DNA from: an uncultured Chloroflexia bacterium
Lineage (GTDB): Bacteria > Chloroflexota > Limnocylindria > Limnocylindrales > CSP1-4
Direction: 5' to 3'
Assembly: GCA_963763775.1 (NCBI GenBank)
Contig: CAVXPZ010000001.1
Location: 224,001 to 288,000 of the forward strand
Length of the DNA: 64,000 nt
Shown: positions 24,140 through 33,933 of the stretch, in pieces
How positions within the stretch are numbered: position 1 is the stretch's first letter
How the letters are laid out: each line of letters begins with the position of its first letter
Program-made: the position numbers and the translations under genes
The notes under the pieces: model-generated
Seen by the model: the letters and a program-made list of their open reading frames with translations, nothing else
Databases searched by the model: none
Told to the model about the DNA's origin: nothing

Positions 24140-24993
24140 GCCCGTCGCCGCCGGCCGGTGCCGGGGGCACGCTCTATGTCGTCGCGACCCCGATCGGGAA
24201 CCTCGGCGACGTGACGCTGCGCGCCCTCGAGATCCTCGGATCGGTCCCCCTCATCGCGGCGGAGGACACCCGCATCACGCGGCGGCTGCTGGACCGGAAC
24301 GGGATCACGACGCGCATGACCAGCTTCCACGCCCAGAGCGGCGCCGACCGGGTCGAGACGCTGCTGGCGCACCTCGGCGGTGGCGCCGACCTCGCCCTGG
24401 TCAGCGATGCGGGGACCCCGGTCGTGAGCGACCCGGGCGACGACCTGATCGGCCGCTGGGCGGCGTCGGGCGGACGGGTCGTGCCCATCCCCGGCGCGTC
24501 CGCGGTCCTGGCCGCGGTGGCGGCGACCGGTCTCGCCGGTCCACGCTGGGCCTTCGAGGGCTTCCTCCCGCGCTCCGGCCGCGAGCGTCGCGAGCGGCTG
24601 GAGCGCATCGCCGCCGACGACCGCGGCACGCTCGTGTTCGAGGCGCCCGGCCGAGTCGCGGCCACGCTGCGGGATCTCGCGGCCACGTGCGGTCCGACAC
24701 GGCCCGGGGCGGTGTGCCGCGAGCTGACCAAGCTCCACGAGACGATCGTCCGCGGGTCGCTCGGGGAGCTCGCCGCGGCAGCGGCCGACGGCGCGATCCC
24801 GCCCCGCGGCGAGTTCGTCCTGGTCGTCGGGGCCGCACCGATCGTCGAGGATGTGTCCGACGAGGCCGCGCGCGTGGCGGACGCTCGGCACGAGGTGGAG
24901 CGGCTCGTCGCCGGCGGGATGCCCCGTGGCGACGCGGCCCGCACGGTCGCCGACCGCGACCGGGATCGCGCGGCGCCGGCTCTATGGGGCTGA
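24136..24993 (+). CDS. rsmI: 16S rRNA (cytidine1402-2'-O)-methyltransferase
   Basis: LYVVATPIGNLGD, AEDTR, SDAGTPVVSDPG, IPGASA, FEGFLPR, RELTKLHE. Possible frameshift in the last codons. Confidence 0.94.
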   Translation: MSPSPPAGAGGTLYVVATPIGNLGDVTLRALEILGSVPLIAAEDTRITRRLLDRNGITTRMTSFHAQSGADRVETLLAHLGGGADLALVSDAGTPVVSDPGDDLIGRWAASGGRVVPIPGASAVLAAVAATGLAGPRWAFEGFLPRSGRERRERLERIAADDRGTLVFEAPGRVAATLRDLAATCGPTRPGAVCRELTKLHETIVRGSLGELAAAAADGAIPPRGEFVLVVGAAPIVEDVSDEAARVADARHEVERLVAGGMPRGDAARTVADRDRDRAAPALWG

Positions 24994-25015
24994 CACGCTC
25001 CGGTAGCATCGGTCC

Positions 25016-26134
25016 ATGACCGCCGCCACGCCAGCCAGCTCCGGTCTGCCCATCCTCGGTCAGCTGTCCCGGGGCGCACGCGTCGCCGTCCTCGTCACGC
25101 TCGCCGTGAGCCTCCTGGCCATCCTGCTCGACTTCGGGCTGCACGCCAGCGAGTCGGTGGTGTTCATCGCGGCCGCGGTCGCGATCCTCGGGCTGGCCTG
25201 GGTCGTCGGCCTCTCGACCGAGCGCCTGGGCTCCCTGACCGGACCCCAGGTCGGCGGCATCCTGAATGCCACATTCGGCAATATCGCCGAGCTGATCATC
25301 GCGTTCTTCGCGCTGCAAGCCGGCCTGATCGACGTCGTGAAGGCCTCGCTGACCGGCTCGATCATCGGCAACCTCCTGCTGGTCCTCGGGGCGAGCGTGC
25401 TCGTCGGCGGTCTGCGGCACGGCACGCAGACCTTCTCGTCCCGCGTCGCCGGGGCGAACGCGGCGCTGCTCGTCGTCGCCGCGATCGGGCTGTTCATCCC
25501 GGCGATCTTCGCCTTCACGACGAGCAAGCCCGACACCGGCTCCCTCACCGAGGAATCGGTCCTGGTGGCCCTCGCGCTGATCGTCGGCTACGCGCTGTCC
25601 CTCGTCTATCAGTTCTCCAACCCGAGCGAGACGCTCGGCGGGCACGGCGCGCCCGCCGACCACGCCGGCCCGATGTGGAGCGGACGCGTCGCGGTCGTCG
25701 TCCTGCTGATCGCCGCGGGGCTCCTGGCCTTGCTCTCGGAGATCCTCGTGAGCTCGATCGGCGGCTTCATCGAGTCGTTCGACCTCACGCCGTTCTTCGT
25801 CGGCGTGGTCCTGATCCCGACCATCGGCAACCTCGCCGAGCACCTCGTCGCCGTCCAGCTGGCGGCGAAGGACAAGATGGAGTTCGCGATGGCCGTGTCG
25901 TACGGCTCGAGCCTGCAGGTGGCGTTGTTCGTCGCGCCGGTCCTCGTGCTCATCGGCGTCGTCATCGGCCAGCCGATGAACCTGGTCTTCACGCCGCTCG
26001 AGGTCGCCGCGGTGGCGGCCGCCGTGGGGATCAGCGCCTTGATCGCCCTTGACGGCGAGTCGAACTGGCTGGAGGGGGCCCTGCTGATGATCGTCTACCT
26101 CATCCTCGCGTTCTCCTTCTACGAGTTCGTCTGA
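25016..26134 (+). CDS. cax: Ca2+/H+ exchanger (CaCA family)
   Basis: Alpha repeats LNATFGNIAELII...GSIIGNLLLVLG and GNLAEH...GSSLQVALFVAP; DGESNWLEG. Confidence 0.94.
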   Translation: MTAATPASSGLPILGQLSRGARVAVLVTLAVSLLAILLDFGLHASESVVFIAAAVAILGLAWVVGLSTERLGSLTGPQVGGILNATFGNIAELIIAFFALQAGLIDVVKASLTGSIIGNLLLVLGASVLVGGLRHGTQTFSSRVAGANAALLVVAAIGLFIPAIFAFTTSKPDTGSLTEESVLVALALIVGYALSLVYQFSNPSETLGGHGAPADHAGPMWSGRVAVVVLLIAAGLLALLSEILVSSIGGFIESFDLTPFFVGVVLIPTIGNLAEHLVAVQLAAKDKMEFAMAVSYGSSLQVALFVAPVLVLIGVVIGQPMNLVFTPLEVAAVAAAVGISALIALDGESNWLEGALLMIVYLILAFSFYEFV

Positions 26135-26189
26135 GGGCGAGGGCGGCGACGCGGGAGGGGGACGCGCCGCCGCCCTTGGGAGATGCGGG

Positions 26190-26678
26190 TCAGGCGGCGA
26201 CGACGGCCGCCGTCACGTCCTCCTCGTCGTCATCGTCGTCGGGCTCGCCGTCGGCGAGCGCGTCGATCGCCGGGATCGGGTCGGCCGCGTCGGCCGCGCC
26301 GTCATCCGGGGCGCCGACCTGGGCCGCGAGCGAATCGGCGGCCTGCTGCGCCTCGTAGTCCTTCTTCCGGCGCCCGGACAGCATCTCGACGTGCGAGGCC
26401 ACGATCTCGGTCTTCCAGTGCCGGGTGCCCTTGTCGTCGTCCCAGGAGCGGGTCTGGAGCCGCCCTTCCACCGCGACCTGCTGGCCCTTGCCGAGATATC
26501 GACCGGCGACTTCCGCCAGGCGATCCCAGGTCACGATGGGGCTGTACTCGGCCTTTTCCTTGCCGGCACCGATGAACTCGTTGCTGGCGATCGTGAAGGT
26601 CGTGACGACCTTGCCACTGGCCAGGTTGCGCATCTCCGGGTCGCGCGTCAGGCGCCCCGTGAGGAGGACCTTGTTCAC
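26190..26678 (-). CDS. ssb: Single-stranded DNA-binding protein
   Basis: NKVLLTGRLTRDPEMR, KGQQVAVEGRLQTRSWDD, acidic tail; GTG start after GGGAAGGAG. Confidence 0.93.
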   Translation of the reverse strand: MNKVLLTGRLTRDPEMRNLASGKVVTTFTIASNEFIGAGKEKAEYSPIVTWDRLAEVAGRYLGKGQQVAVEGRLQTRSWDDDKGTRHWKTEIVASHVEMLSGRRKKDYEAQQAADSLAAQVGAPDDGAADAADPIPAIDALADGEPDDDDDEEDVTAAVVAA

Positions 26679-26984
26679 GGTCCGATCTCCTTCCCGGTCG
26701 TCCGGTCGCACCGGTCTCGACCCTGCGTTGCCGGCGGGCATCTCGACGGGCGGTGGTACGGTCGCCGGCCCCGGCGGACCGGGCCCTCGGCGGGGGCGGG
26801 TTCGGCGTTCGGCGGGGCCGGCTGACGACCTCGACGGGCACGGCCCACGCTAGCGGTGCCCCCTCACCGGGCGCTCATCAGCGCCATATCCGCGGATCCA
26901 CGCACGCACAACGCCGGCGAGACGCGCGACTGGCATGGTCCATCGACATGTCGGCCGCCCAAGCCGACCGAGGGAGGAACCACC

Positions 26985-29144
26985 ATGGCTCGCGCGTCCA
27001 CGGTGTTCGTCATCGCCCTGCTCTGCGTCGCGCTCCTGCCCGGAGCGGCCGCAGCGGCCGGACCTACCTTCACGCCGGGCGCCGCCGGCGCCGGCGACCC
27101 CTACTACCCGCTCGACGGCAACGGCGGCTACGACGTCAGGCACTACGACCTCGACCTCCGCTACGACCCGGCGACCGACATCCTCGGTGGCACGGCCACG
27201 ATCGACGCCCGAGCTACGCAGAACCTGTCGCGGTTCGACCTCGATCTCGTGGGCCTGAACGTCCGCTCGATCCGGATCGACGGCCGGGGTGCGGCCTGGA
27301 CGCGAGACGGCCAGGAGCTCGTGATCACCCCGGGCCGAGGCATCCTCAAGGGCACCGTCTTCACGGTGACCATCCGGTACGACGGCGTCCCGGAGCAGAC
27401 GAACGAGCTGTTCGGCGGCATCTCCGGCTTCATCGCCACCGACGACGGCGCGATCGTGGCGGGACAGCCGCATGGCGCCGCCTACTGGTTCCCCGCGAAC
27501 GACCATCCGACGGACAAGGCGTCGTTCAGCTACGAGATCACGGTCCCCAGGGGCCTGCAGGTCGTCGCCAACGGCAAGAGCCTCGGGCAGGACACCCGCA
27601 ACGGCTGGACCACCTGGGACTGGGACGCCCCCGATCCGATGGCGACCTATCTGGCCACGATCAACATCGGCAAGTACAAGATGACCGGGTACAGCAAGGA
27701 CGGCGTCCGGTACCTCGACGCGATCGACCCGGACCTGTTCAAGCCGGACGCCAGCCCGCACTCCGGGTCGCGCTACGCGTACTCGCAGCGCGACGACGAG
27801 TCGTACAAGCGGCTCCTGCGGTCCATCGCCGTCCCCTCGGCCGGCGGCACCCTCTCGTTCTGGGTGGACCGGGACACCGAGTTCCCGTGGGACTTCTTCT
27901 TCGTCGAGGTCCATCCGCTCGGCTCCGACCAGTGGACCACCCTCCCGGATGCCGGGGGCCACTCGAGCCAGGACACCGGGGCGTCGTGCCCCTTCTGGCT
28001 CGGCATCCATCCGTTCCTCGGCCACTACCAGGCCGACAACGGCGACGGGACGTGCACGCCGGTCGGCGACACCGGGGACTGGAACGCGGCGACCGGGTCC
28101 AGCGACGGCTGGGAGCACTGGAGCGTCGATCTGTCCGCGTACAAGAACCAGACCGTCGAGGTGTCCCTCTCGTACGCGAGTGACGACATCTACCAGGCGC
28201 ACGGCGCCTACATCGACGACATCGTCGGACCGCAGGGGCGGGGAACGACCTCGTTCGAGGCCGACGGCAACCCGATGGACGGCTGGACCGTGCCCGGCGC
28301 ACCGGCGGGCTCGCCGGCCAACGACAACGACTGGATCACCGGCACGACCTCGATCGCGGCGCCATCGCGCGGCGCGAACGTCGAGGCCTCGTTCGCCCGC
28401 CTGCCGGAGATGCTCAAGTTCCTCGCCGCGGACTTCGGTCCGTACCCGTGGACCTCGGCCGGCGGCATCGTCGATGACATCGACGGGCTCGGGTTCGCCC
28501 TCGAGACCCAGACCCGACCCACCTACTCGAAGGACTTCTTCTACAACCCGGGCGACGGCGACGGCGTCGTCGTCCACGAGAACATGCACCAGTGGTACGG
28601 CGACAGCCTGGCCGTCCAGCGCTGGTCGGACATCTGGCTCAACGAGGGCTTCGCGACCTATTCCGAGTGGCTGTGGAGCGAGCACGAGGGCAGCGACGAC
28701 CCACAGGCGATCTTCGACTTCTACGCCAACGTCATCCCCGACGACGACCCGTTCTGGGCCCTGACGATCGGCGATCCAGGTCCGGGCGACGAGTTCGACT
28801 TCCCGGTGTACGCGCGTGGCGCGATGACGCTCCAGGCGCTCCGCCAGACGGTCGGCGACGATCCGTTCTTCAAGATCATGCGGCGCTGGGCCAAGCTCCA
28901 CGCCGGCGGCAACGTCAGCACGGACCAGTTCATCGCCCTGGCCGAGTCCATCTCCGGACAAGACCTCGGCGACCTCTTCGACACGTGGCTGTACACGCCA
29001 TCGAAGCCCGTCATCGAGTCTGCGGCCGCTCGGCGTTCCGCGGTGGCCGTCTCGGCCTCGGTGGCCCTTCGGGGCGGCCCGCGGGCGGCGATCAGCCTCA
29101 TGGAACGCTACGGGAAGGACACGCTCGCCCGGCTCAGCCACTGA
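26985..29144 (+). CDS. Secreted M1-family zinc aminopeptidase with an inserted beta-sandwich domain
   Basis: Signal peptide; GDPYYPLDGNGGYDV, WFPANDHPTDKA, FALETQ, HENMHQWYGD (HEXXH), WLNEGFATY, YARGA; SD GGAGG. Confidence 0.92.
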   Translation: MARASTVFVIALLCVALLPGAAAAAGPTFTPGAAGAGDPYYPLDGNGGYDVRHYDLDLRYDPATDILGGTATIDARATQNLSRFDLDLVGLNVRSIRIDGRGAAWTRDGQELVITPGRGILKGTVFTVTIRYDGVPEQTNELFGGISGFIATDDGAIVAGQPHGAAYWFPANDHPTDKASFSYEITVPRGLQVVANGKSLGQDTRNGWTTWDWDAPDPMATYLATINIGKYKMTGYSKDGVRYLDAIDPDLFKPDASPHSGSRYAYSQRDDESYKRLLRSIAVPSAGGTLSFWVDRDTEFPWDFFFVEVHPLGSDQWTTLPDAGGHSSQDTGASCPFWLGIHPFLGHYQADNGDGTCTPVGDTGDWNAATGSSDGWEHWSVDLSAYKNQTVEVSLSYASDDIYQAHGAYIDDIVGPQGRGTTSFEADGNPMDGWTVPGAPAGSPANDNDWITGTTSIAAPSRGANVEASFARLPEMLKFLAADFGPYPWTSAGGIVDDIDGLGFALETQTRPTYSKDFFYNPGDGDGVVVHENMHQWYGDSLAVQRWSDIWLNEGFATYSEWLWSEHEGSDDPQAIFDFYANVIPDDDPFWALTIGDPGPGDEFDFPVYARGAMTLQALRQTVGDDPFFKIMRRWAKLHAGGNVSTDQFIALAESISGQDLGDLFDTWLYTPSKPVIESAAARRSAVAVSASVALRGGPRAAISLMERYGKDTLARLSH

Positions 29145-29159
29145 GCCGGCGCTCCAGCC

Positions 29160-30929
29160 TCAGCCGGCGGCGGCCCCTCGGGAACCGGGGGTGCCGTCGG
29201 CCGGCGCGGCCGGCGCGATCAAATCCTTCGGGCGGTGCGAGACGATCTCGGACGGCTGGAGCTCGACCGATGCCGACCCCTCCGCGGCCATCGCCGTCGA
29301 CCCGGTCGTCGGCGTCATCGGCTGGATCGGCGACCCGGCCGTGGGCATCGACTTGGGTCGGGGCGCCCGTCGCGCGGTCGCGCGCGCCGCGCCAGCCGGG
29401 ATGACGATCTGGCTCGGCGCCGGCGTCTCGTGCTGGGTCATCGCGAGCACCGTCGGATCCGGTGTCGGGGCCCGCGACGCGTACAGGTCGCAGAAGAGGT
29501 TGACGAGGTCCGGGTCGAACTGCGTGCCCGCGTGTCGCCGCAGCTCGGCGATCGCCTGGTCGTGGGAGATCGCGCGCTTGTACGGCCGGTCGTTGATCAT
29601 CGCGTCGTAGGCGTCGGCGATGGCCACGATCCGGGCGCCGAGCGGGATCTCGTTCGCGCGCAGGCCGTACGGGTAGCCATGCCCCGCGTACCGCTCATGG
29701 TGGTGGAGGATGATCGGCACGGCGTCCTTGAGCGCGGCCGCCTGCTCGAGGATGACCTGGCCGATCCGCGGATGCTGGACGACCGACCGCCACTCGCCGG
29801 TCGACAGGGCCGCGGGCTTCTCGAGGATCTCCTCCGGGATCGCCACCTTGCCGACGTCGTGCAGCAGCGCCGCGAGCTGGATCCGGTCGATCTCGGCCTC
29901 CGGCAGCTGCAGCTGGCGTGCCAGGTCGACCACGATCGTCGCGATGAGGGCGGACGGCTGCCCGCGATAGTGGGGCAGGGGATTGATGTACGACGCCAGC
30001 GCCGCCGTGGCGGCCAGGCGCGCCTGCCGGCCGATCTCCATCGCCCGCGCGCGGCCCGCGTTGGAGATCGGGGCCCGCGGGACGCGGGCGTCGTCGTCAG
30101 GTTCCGCGAAGATGTACGTCTGGTTCCGGCCGAGCGACTTGGCGGAGTACATGGCGGCGTCGGCGTCGCGCACGAGCGTGTCCACGCGAAGCTTCTGCCC
30201 CGCGCCGCCGGCGATCCCGATCGAGATGGTCACCGAGAGGTCGGGGTTGCCATCGATCGAGAAGCGCTGCTTCTGGACGAGCTGGCGGAGCTTCTCGGTG
30301 AGGACCGCGCCCTCCTCGACGTCGGTCTCGGTGAGGATCAGCATGAACTCCTCGCCGCCGTACCGGCCGATCATGTCGGACGCGCGCAGGTTCGCCCCGA
30401 GGGCCTGGGCGACGCCGCGCAGGACGATGTCACCGGCGGCGTGGCCATAGGAGTCGTTGACGGCCTTGAAGTGGTCGATGTCGACGAAGGCCACCGACAA
30501 GGGTCGCTCGTAGCGGCCGGCGCGCTCGACCTCGGCGAACAGCGACGCGAGGAGCGCGCTCCGGTTCGCGACGCCGGTCAGGCGGTCGAAGGTGGCCTCG
30601 TCGTGGGTCTCCGAGAGCCGGAGCGAGATCCCGTTGATGGCCCGGGCGAGCCGCCCGTCGAGCCCGGTGGCGCCGGCCGTCACGGACACGGAGTAGTCGC
30701 CGCTCGCGAGCCGTTCGGCGGCCTTGACGAGTCGGCCGAATCGCCAGCGCACCATGAGGTACACGCACGCCGTGGTCAGGGCGACCGCGATGGTCGCCGC
30801 GGCGATCGCGGCGATGACCGATCGACTGACCTCGTCGATCCATTCCGCGGCCAGCGCTGGCTGGGAGACGAACAGGATCCCGAGTGCGACCGGAGCCGCA
30901 AGCGCCAGGACCCCAAGCAGGCGCATCAC
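29160..30929 (-). CDS. Membrane HAMP-GGDEF-HD-GYP protein (diguanylate cyclase / phosphodiesterase)
   Basis: Two N-terminal TM segments, HAMP-like region, DIDHFKAVND, RASD I-site, RYGGEEF, LLHDVGK, HHERYAGHGYP. Confidence 0.93.
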   Translation of the reverse strand: MMRLLGVLALAAPVALGILFVSQPALAAEWIDEVSRSVIAAIAAATIAVALTTACVYLMVRWRFGRLVKAAERLASGDYSVSVTAGATGLDGRLARAINGISLRLSETHDEATFDRLTGVANRSALLASLFAEVERAGRYERPLSVAFVDIDHFKAVNDSYGHAAGDIVLRGVAQALGANLRASDMIGRYGGEEFMLILTETDVEEGAVLTEKLRQLVQKQRFSIDGNPDLSVTISIGIAGGAGQKLRVDTLVRDADAAMYSAKSLGRNQTYIFAEPDDDARVPRAPISNAGRARAMEIGRQARLAATAALASYINPLPHYRGQPSALIATIVVDLARQLQLPEAEIDRIQLAALLHDVGKVAIPEEILEKPAALSTGEWRSVVQHPRIGQVILEQAAALKDAVPIILHHHERYAGHGYPYGLRANEIPLGARIVAIADAYDAMINDRPYKRAISHDQAIAELRRHAGTQFDPDLVNLFCDLYASRAPTPDPTVLAMTQHETPAPSQIVIPAGAARATARRAPRPKSMPTAGSPIQPMTPTTGSTAMAAEGSASVELQPSEIVSHRPKDLIAPAAPADGTPGSRGAAAG

Positions 30930-31054
30930 CGGTCAAGGCTAGTCGCGAGGGTCCGGGAAACGGTCCGGTCGGAGGTACCGGTCACCGCTCGCCGGTGGTA
31001 CGGCCGGTGCGGCCACGCCACGGTCCGGGCGGCCCGCTCGCGACCGAGGACCCC

Positions 31055-31063
31055 TGCTATACT
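31055..31063 (+). promoter_or_regulatory. Extended -10 promoter of the pur operon
   Basis: TGcTATACT in otherwise very GC-rich DNA, about 215 nt upstream of purA. Confidence 0.6.
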
Positions 31064-31069
31064 CCCCCG

Positions 31070-31260
31070 GTCCTCGTCCGCAGCGGGTCATCGGGGCGAT
31101 GGTCCGTGAACCAGGAGGTCAGCGATCGCGCTTGAAGGGCGCATCGGCCGCCCCGTGAGGCGACCGAGCGACCGCACGACGGCGATCCGCCGAGACATCG
31201 GCGGCGCGACGCGGGAGATGTCTATCCAAGTCCCCGGCCATCGGACCGGGGTCTTTTCAT
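31070..31260 (+). ncRNA. Candidate riboswitch / structured attenuator leader of the purine operon
   Basis: Several hairpins, a GCGACCGAGCG segment resembling ykkC-family aptamers, and an intrinsic terminator just before purA. Class not established. Confidence 0.5.
31228..31258 (+). terminator. Intrinsic terminator within the purA leader
   Basis: CCCCGG-ccatcgga-CCGGGG followed by TCTTTTC. Confidence 0.7.
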
Positions 31261-31279
31261 GCGTGCGGGGTTCGCGCTG

Positions 31280-32588
31280 ATGCCGGCCACGGTGATCGTC
31301 GGCCTCCAGTGGGGCGACGAGGGGAAGGGCAAGACCACCGACTTCCTGGCAGAACAGGTGGCGATGGTCGTCCGCTACCAGGGCGGCGACAACGCCGGCC
31401 ACACGGTCGTGAGCGGCGACGAGGTCCTGAAGCTGCGGCTGACGCCGTCCGGCGTGCTCTACCCGCACATCACCTCGGTGATCGGCAACGGCGTCGTCGT
31501 CAACCCGGTCACCCTCATCACCGAGTTCGACATGCTCGCGTCGCGCGGGATCGACGTGAGTCGCGTCCGGGTCAGCCGCAGTGCGCACGTGATCATGCCG
31601 TACCACATCGCCCTTGACCGGGCGAACGAGGCACGCCTCGACGGCGCCAAGGTCGGTACCACCGGCCGGGGCATCGGCCCCACGTATGGGGACCGAGCCT
31701 GGCGGCTCGGCCTGCGCATGGAGGACCTCCTCGACCGCGCCGTCCTCCGTGAGCGCATCGGCCGCGCCCTTCCGGACAAGAACCTGCTCCTGGCCTCCAT
31801 GGGCGGCGATCCCTTCGACGTGGACGCGCTCGTCGAGGAGGCGGCCGGCTGGGGCGAGCGCCTGCGCGACCATCTCGACGACACGACATGGCTCGTCCAG
31901 GCCGCCCTCGGCGCGCGGCGAGCACGTCCTCCTCGAGGGCGCCCAGGGCACGCTCCTCGACCTCGATCACGGGAGCTACCCGTTCGTCACGTCGTCCAAC
32001 CCGGTGGCCGGCGGGGCGTGCACGGGCGGCGGCATCGGCCCGCTCCAGGTCGACGAGGTCATCGGCGTCATGAAGGCCTACTCGACGCGCGTCGGGTCGG
32101 GGCCGTACCCCACGGAACTCCACGACGAGATCGGCGCGGGGATCGCCGAGCGCGGCCACGAGTTCGGGACCGTGACCGGACGCCCGAGGCGCGTGGGCTG
32201 GTTCGACGCGGTCCCGCTGCGCTACGCCGTCGCCGTCAACAGCGTCAGCTCGATCATGCTCAACAAGCTCGACATCCTGTCCGGGGTCGACCCGATCCGC
32301 CTGTGCGTCGCCTACGAGATCGACGGCCGGCGCGTGGAGGTCTGGCCGTCGAGCGGCGCCGCCCTGGCGCGGGCGACGCCCATCTACGAGGCGTTCCCGG
32401 GCTGGGCCGAGCCGATCAACGGGGTCCGGTCGCTCGCGGACCTGCCCGAGAACGCCCGTCGCTACGTCAGCGCCATCGAGTCGCATGCCGGCGTGCCGAT
32501 CGTGCTGCTGTCGGTGGGGCCGGAGCGGACCCAGACGATCGAGCGGGCATGGCGGCCGATGCGACACCGGCCCGGGATCCCGGCGTGA
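31280..32588 (+). CDS. purA: Adenylosuccinate synthetase (frameshift near 31912)
   Basis: GLQWGDEGKGK, RYQGGDNAGHT, GTTGRGIGP, LEGAQGTLLDLDHGSYPFVTSS, GTVTGRPRRVGW. Confidence 0.95.
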
Positions 32589-32595
32589 GCGTGGG

Positions 32596-33933
32596 ATGAG
32601 CACGGCCAGCCTGCGCACGCCGACGCGGATCCTCGTCGTGGGCGGCGGCGGGCGCGAGCACGCGCTGGCATGGAAGCTCGCGGCCGAGCCGGGCGTCAAC
32701 GAGATCGTCGTCGCACCGGGGAGCGCCGCCATGGCGCGCGAACCGAGGGTCCGCTGCATCGACGTCGACCCGCTCGATCCACCGGCCGTGGTGGAGGTGG
32801 CCCGGCGTGTCGCCGCGGAGCTCGTCGTGGTCGGGCCGGAGGCACCGCTCGCGGCCGGTGTCGCCGACGCGCTCGTCGCGGCCGGGTTCGCGGTGTTCGG
32901 CCCGTCGCAGGCCGCCGCCCGCATCGAGAGCAGCAAGGCGTTCTGCCACGAGGTGGCTCGCGCGGCCGGCGTGCGGATGGCGCGGGCGGCGACGTTCGAC
33001 GCGCTCGAGCCCGCGCTGGCCTTCGCCAACGAGCTCGCCAGCGACGGGGGCGTGGTCATCAAGGCCGACGGCCTGGCGGCCGGCAAGGGCGTGACCGTGT
33101 GCGACGGGATGGAGGCCGCGGCCGCCGCGCTGCTCGCCGCCCTCGGCGAACCCGGGGCACGTGTCGTGGTCGAGGAGCGGCTCCACGGTCTCGAGGCCAG
33201 CCTCATCGCGCTCTGTGACGGCCGCGACGCGCTGGCCCTGCCCCTCGCTCGCGACCACAAGCGGCTCGCCGACGGCGACCTCGGCCCGAACACGGGCGGG
33301 ATGGGCGCGTACAGCCCCTTGGCGGACTTGCCCGAGTCGACCGTGCCGGCCCTGGTCGAGGCGTTCCATCGGCCGATCCTCGCCGAGCTGGCCCGCCGTG
33401 GCACGCCGTTCCGCGGCGCGCTGTACGCCGGGCTGATGCTGACGGACGCGGGACCCGTGCTCCTCGAGTGCAACGCCCGGTTCGGCGATCCCGAGACGCA
33501 GGCGCTCCTCCCGCGGCTGGCCGTCGCGCTCGGACCGCTCCTCGCGGCGGCGGCCCGGGGCGAACTGGCCGGGGCGACCGAGGCGCTGGGGATCGGCGAC
33601 GCCCGTCTGCCGACGCTCCCCGGGGCGACCGTCGCGGTCGTGCTCGCGGCGGCCGGGTACCCGGATGCGCCGCGTCGCGGCGACGTGATCCACGGCCTGG
33701 AGGCGGTCGAGGCGTCCGGCACGCTCGTCTTCCACGCAGGGACCTCGGTCGACGCGGATGGCACCGTCCGGACGTCCGGCGGCCGGGTGCTGGCCGTCGT
33801 CGGGCGCGGCGCGACCATCGACGCCGCGCGGGCCGACGCGGAACGCGCGGCCGACGAGATCACCTGGGACGGTGCCCAGCGCCGCCACGACATCGGGATC
33901 GATCCGGCACTGCCCGTGGGGGCCGGACGATGA
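32596..33933 (+). CDS. purD: Phosphoribosylamine-glycine ligase
   Basis: GGGGREHALAWKL, VGPEAPL, KADGLAAGKGV, GPNTGGMGAYSP, NARFGDPE. Confidence 0.96.
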   Translation: MSTASLRTPTRILVVGGGGREHALAWKLAAEPGVNEIVVAPGSAAMAREPRVRCIDVDPLDPPAVVEVARRVAAELVVVGPEAPLAAGVADALVAAGFAVFGPSQAAARIESSKAFCHEVARAAGVRMARAATFDALEPALAFANELASDGGVVIKADGLAAGKGVTVCDGMEAAAAALLAALGEPGARVVVEERLHGLEASLIALCDGRDALALPLARDHKRLADGDLGPNTGGMGAYSPLADLPESTVPALVEAFHRPILAELARRGTPFRGALYAGLMLTDAGPVLLECNARFGDPETQALLPRLAVALGPLLAAAARGELAGATEALGIGDARLPTLPGATVAVVLAAAGYPDAPRRGDVIHGLEAVEASGTLVFHAGTSVDADGTVRTSGGRVLAVVGRGATIDAARADAERAADEITWDGAQRRHDIGIDPALPVGAGR

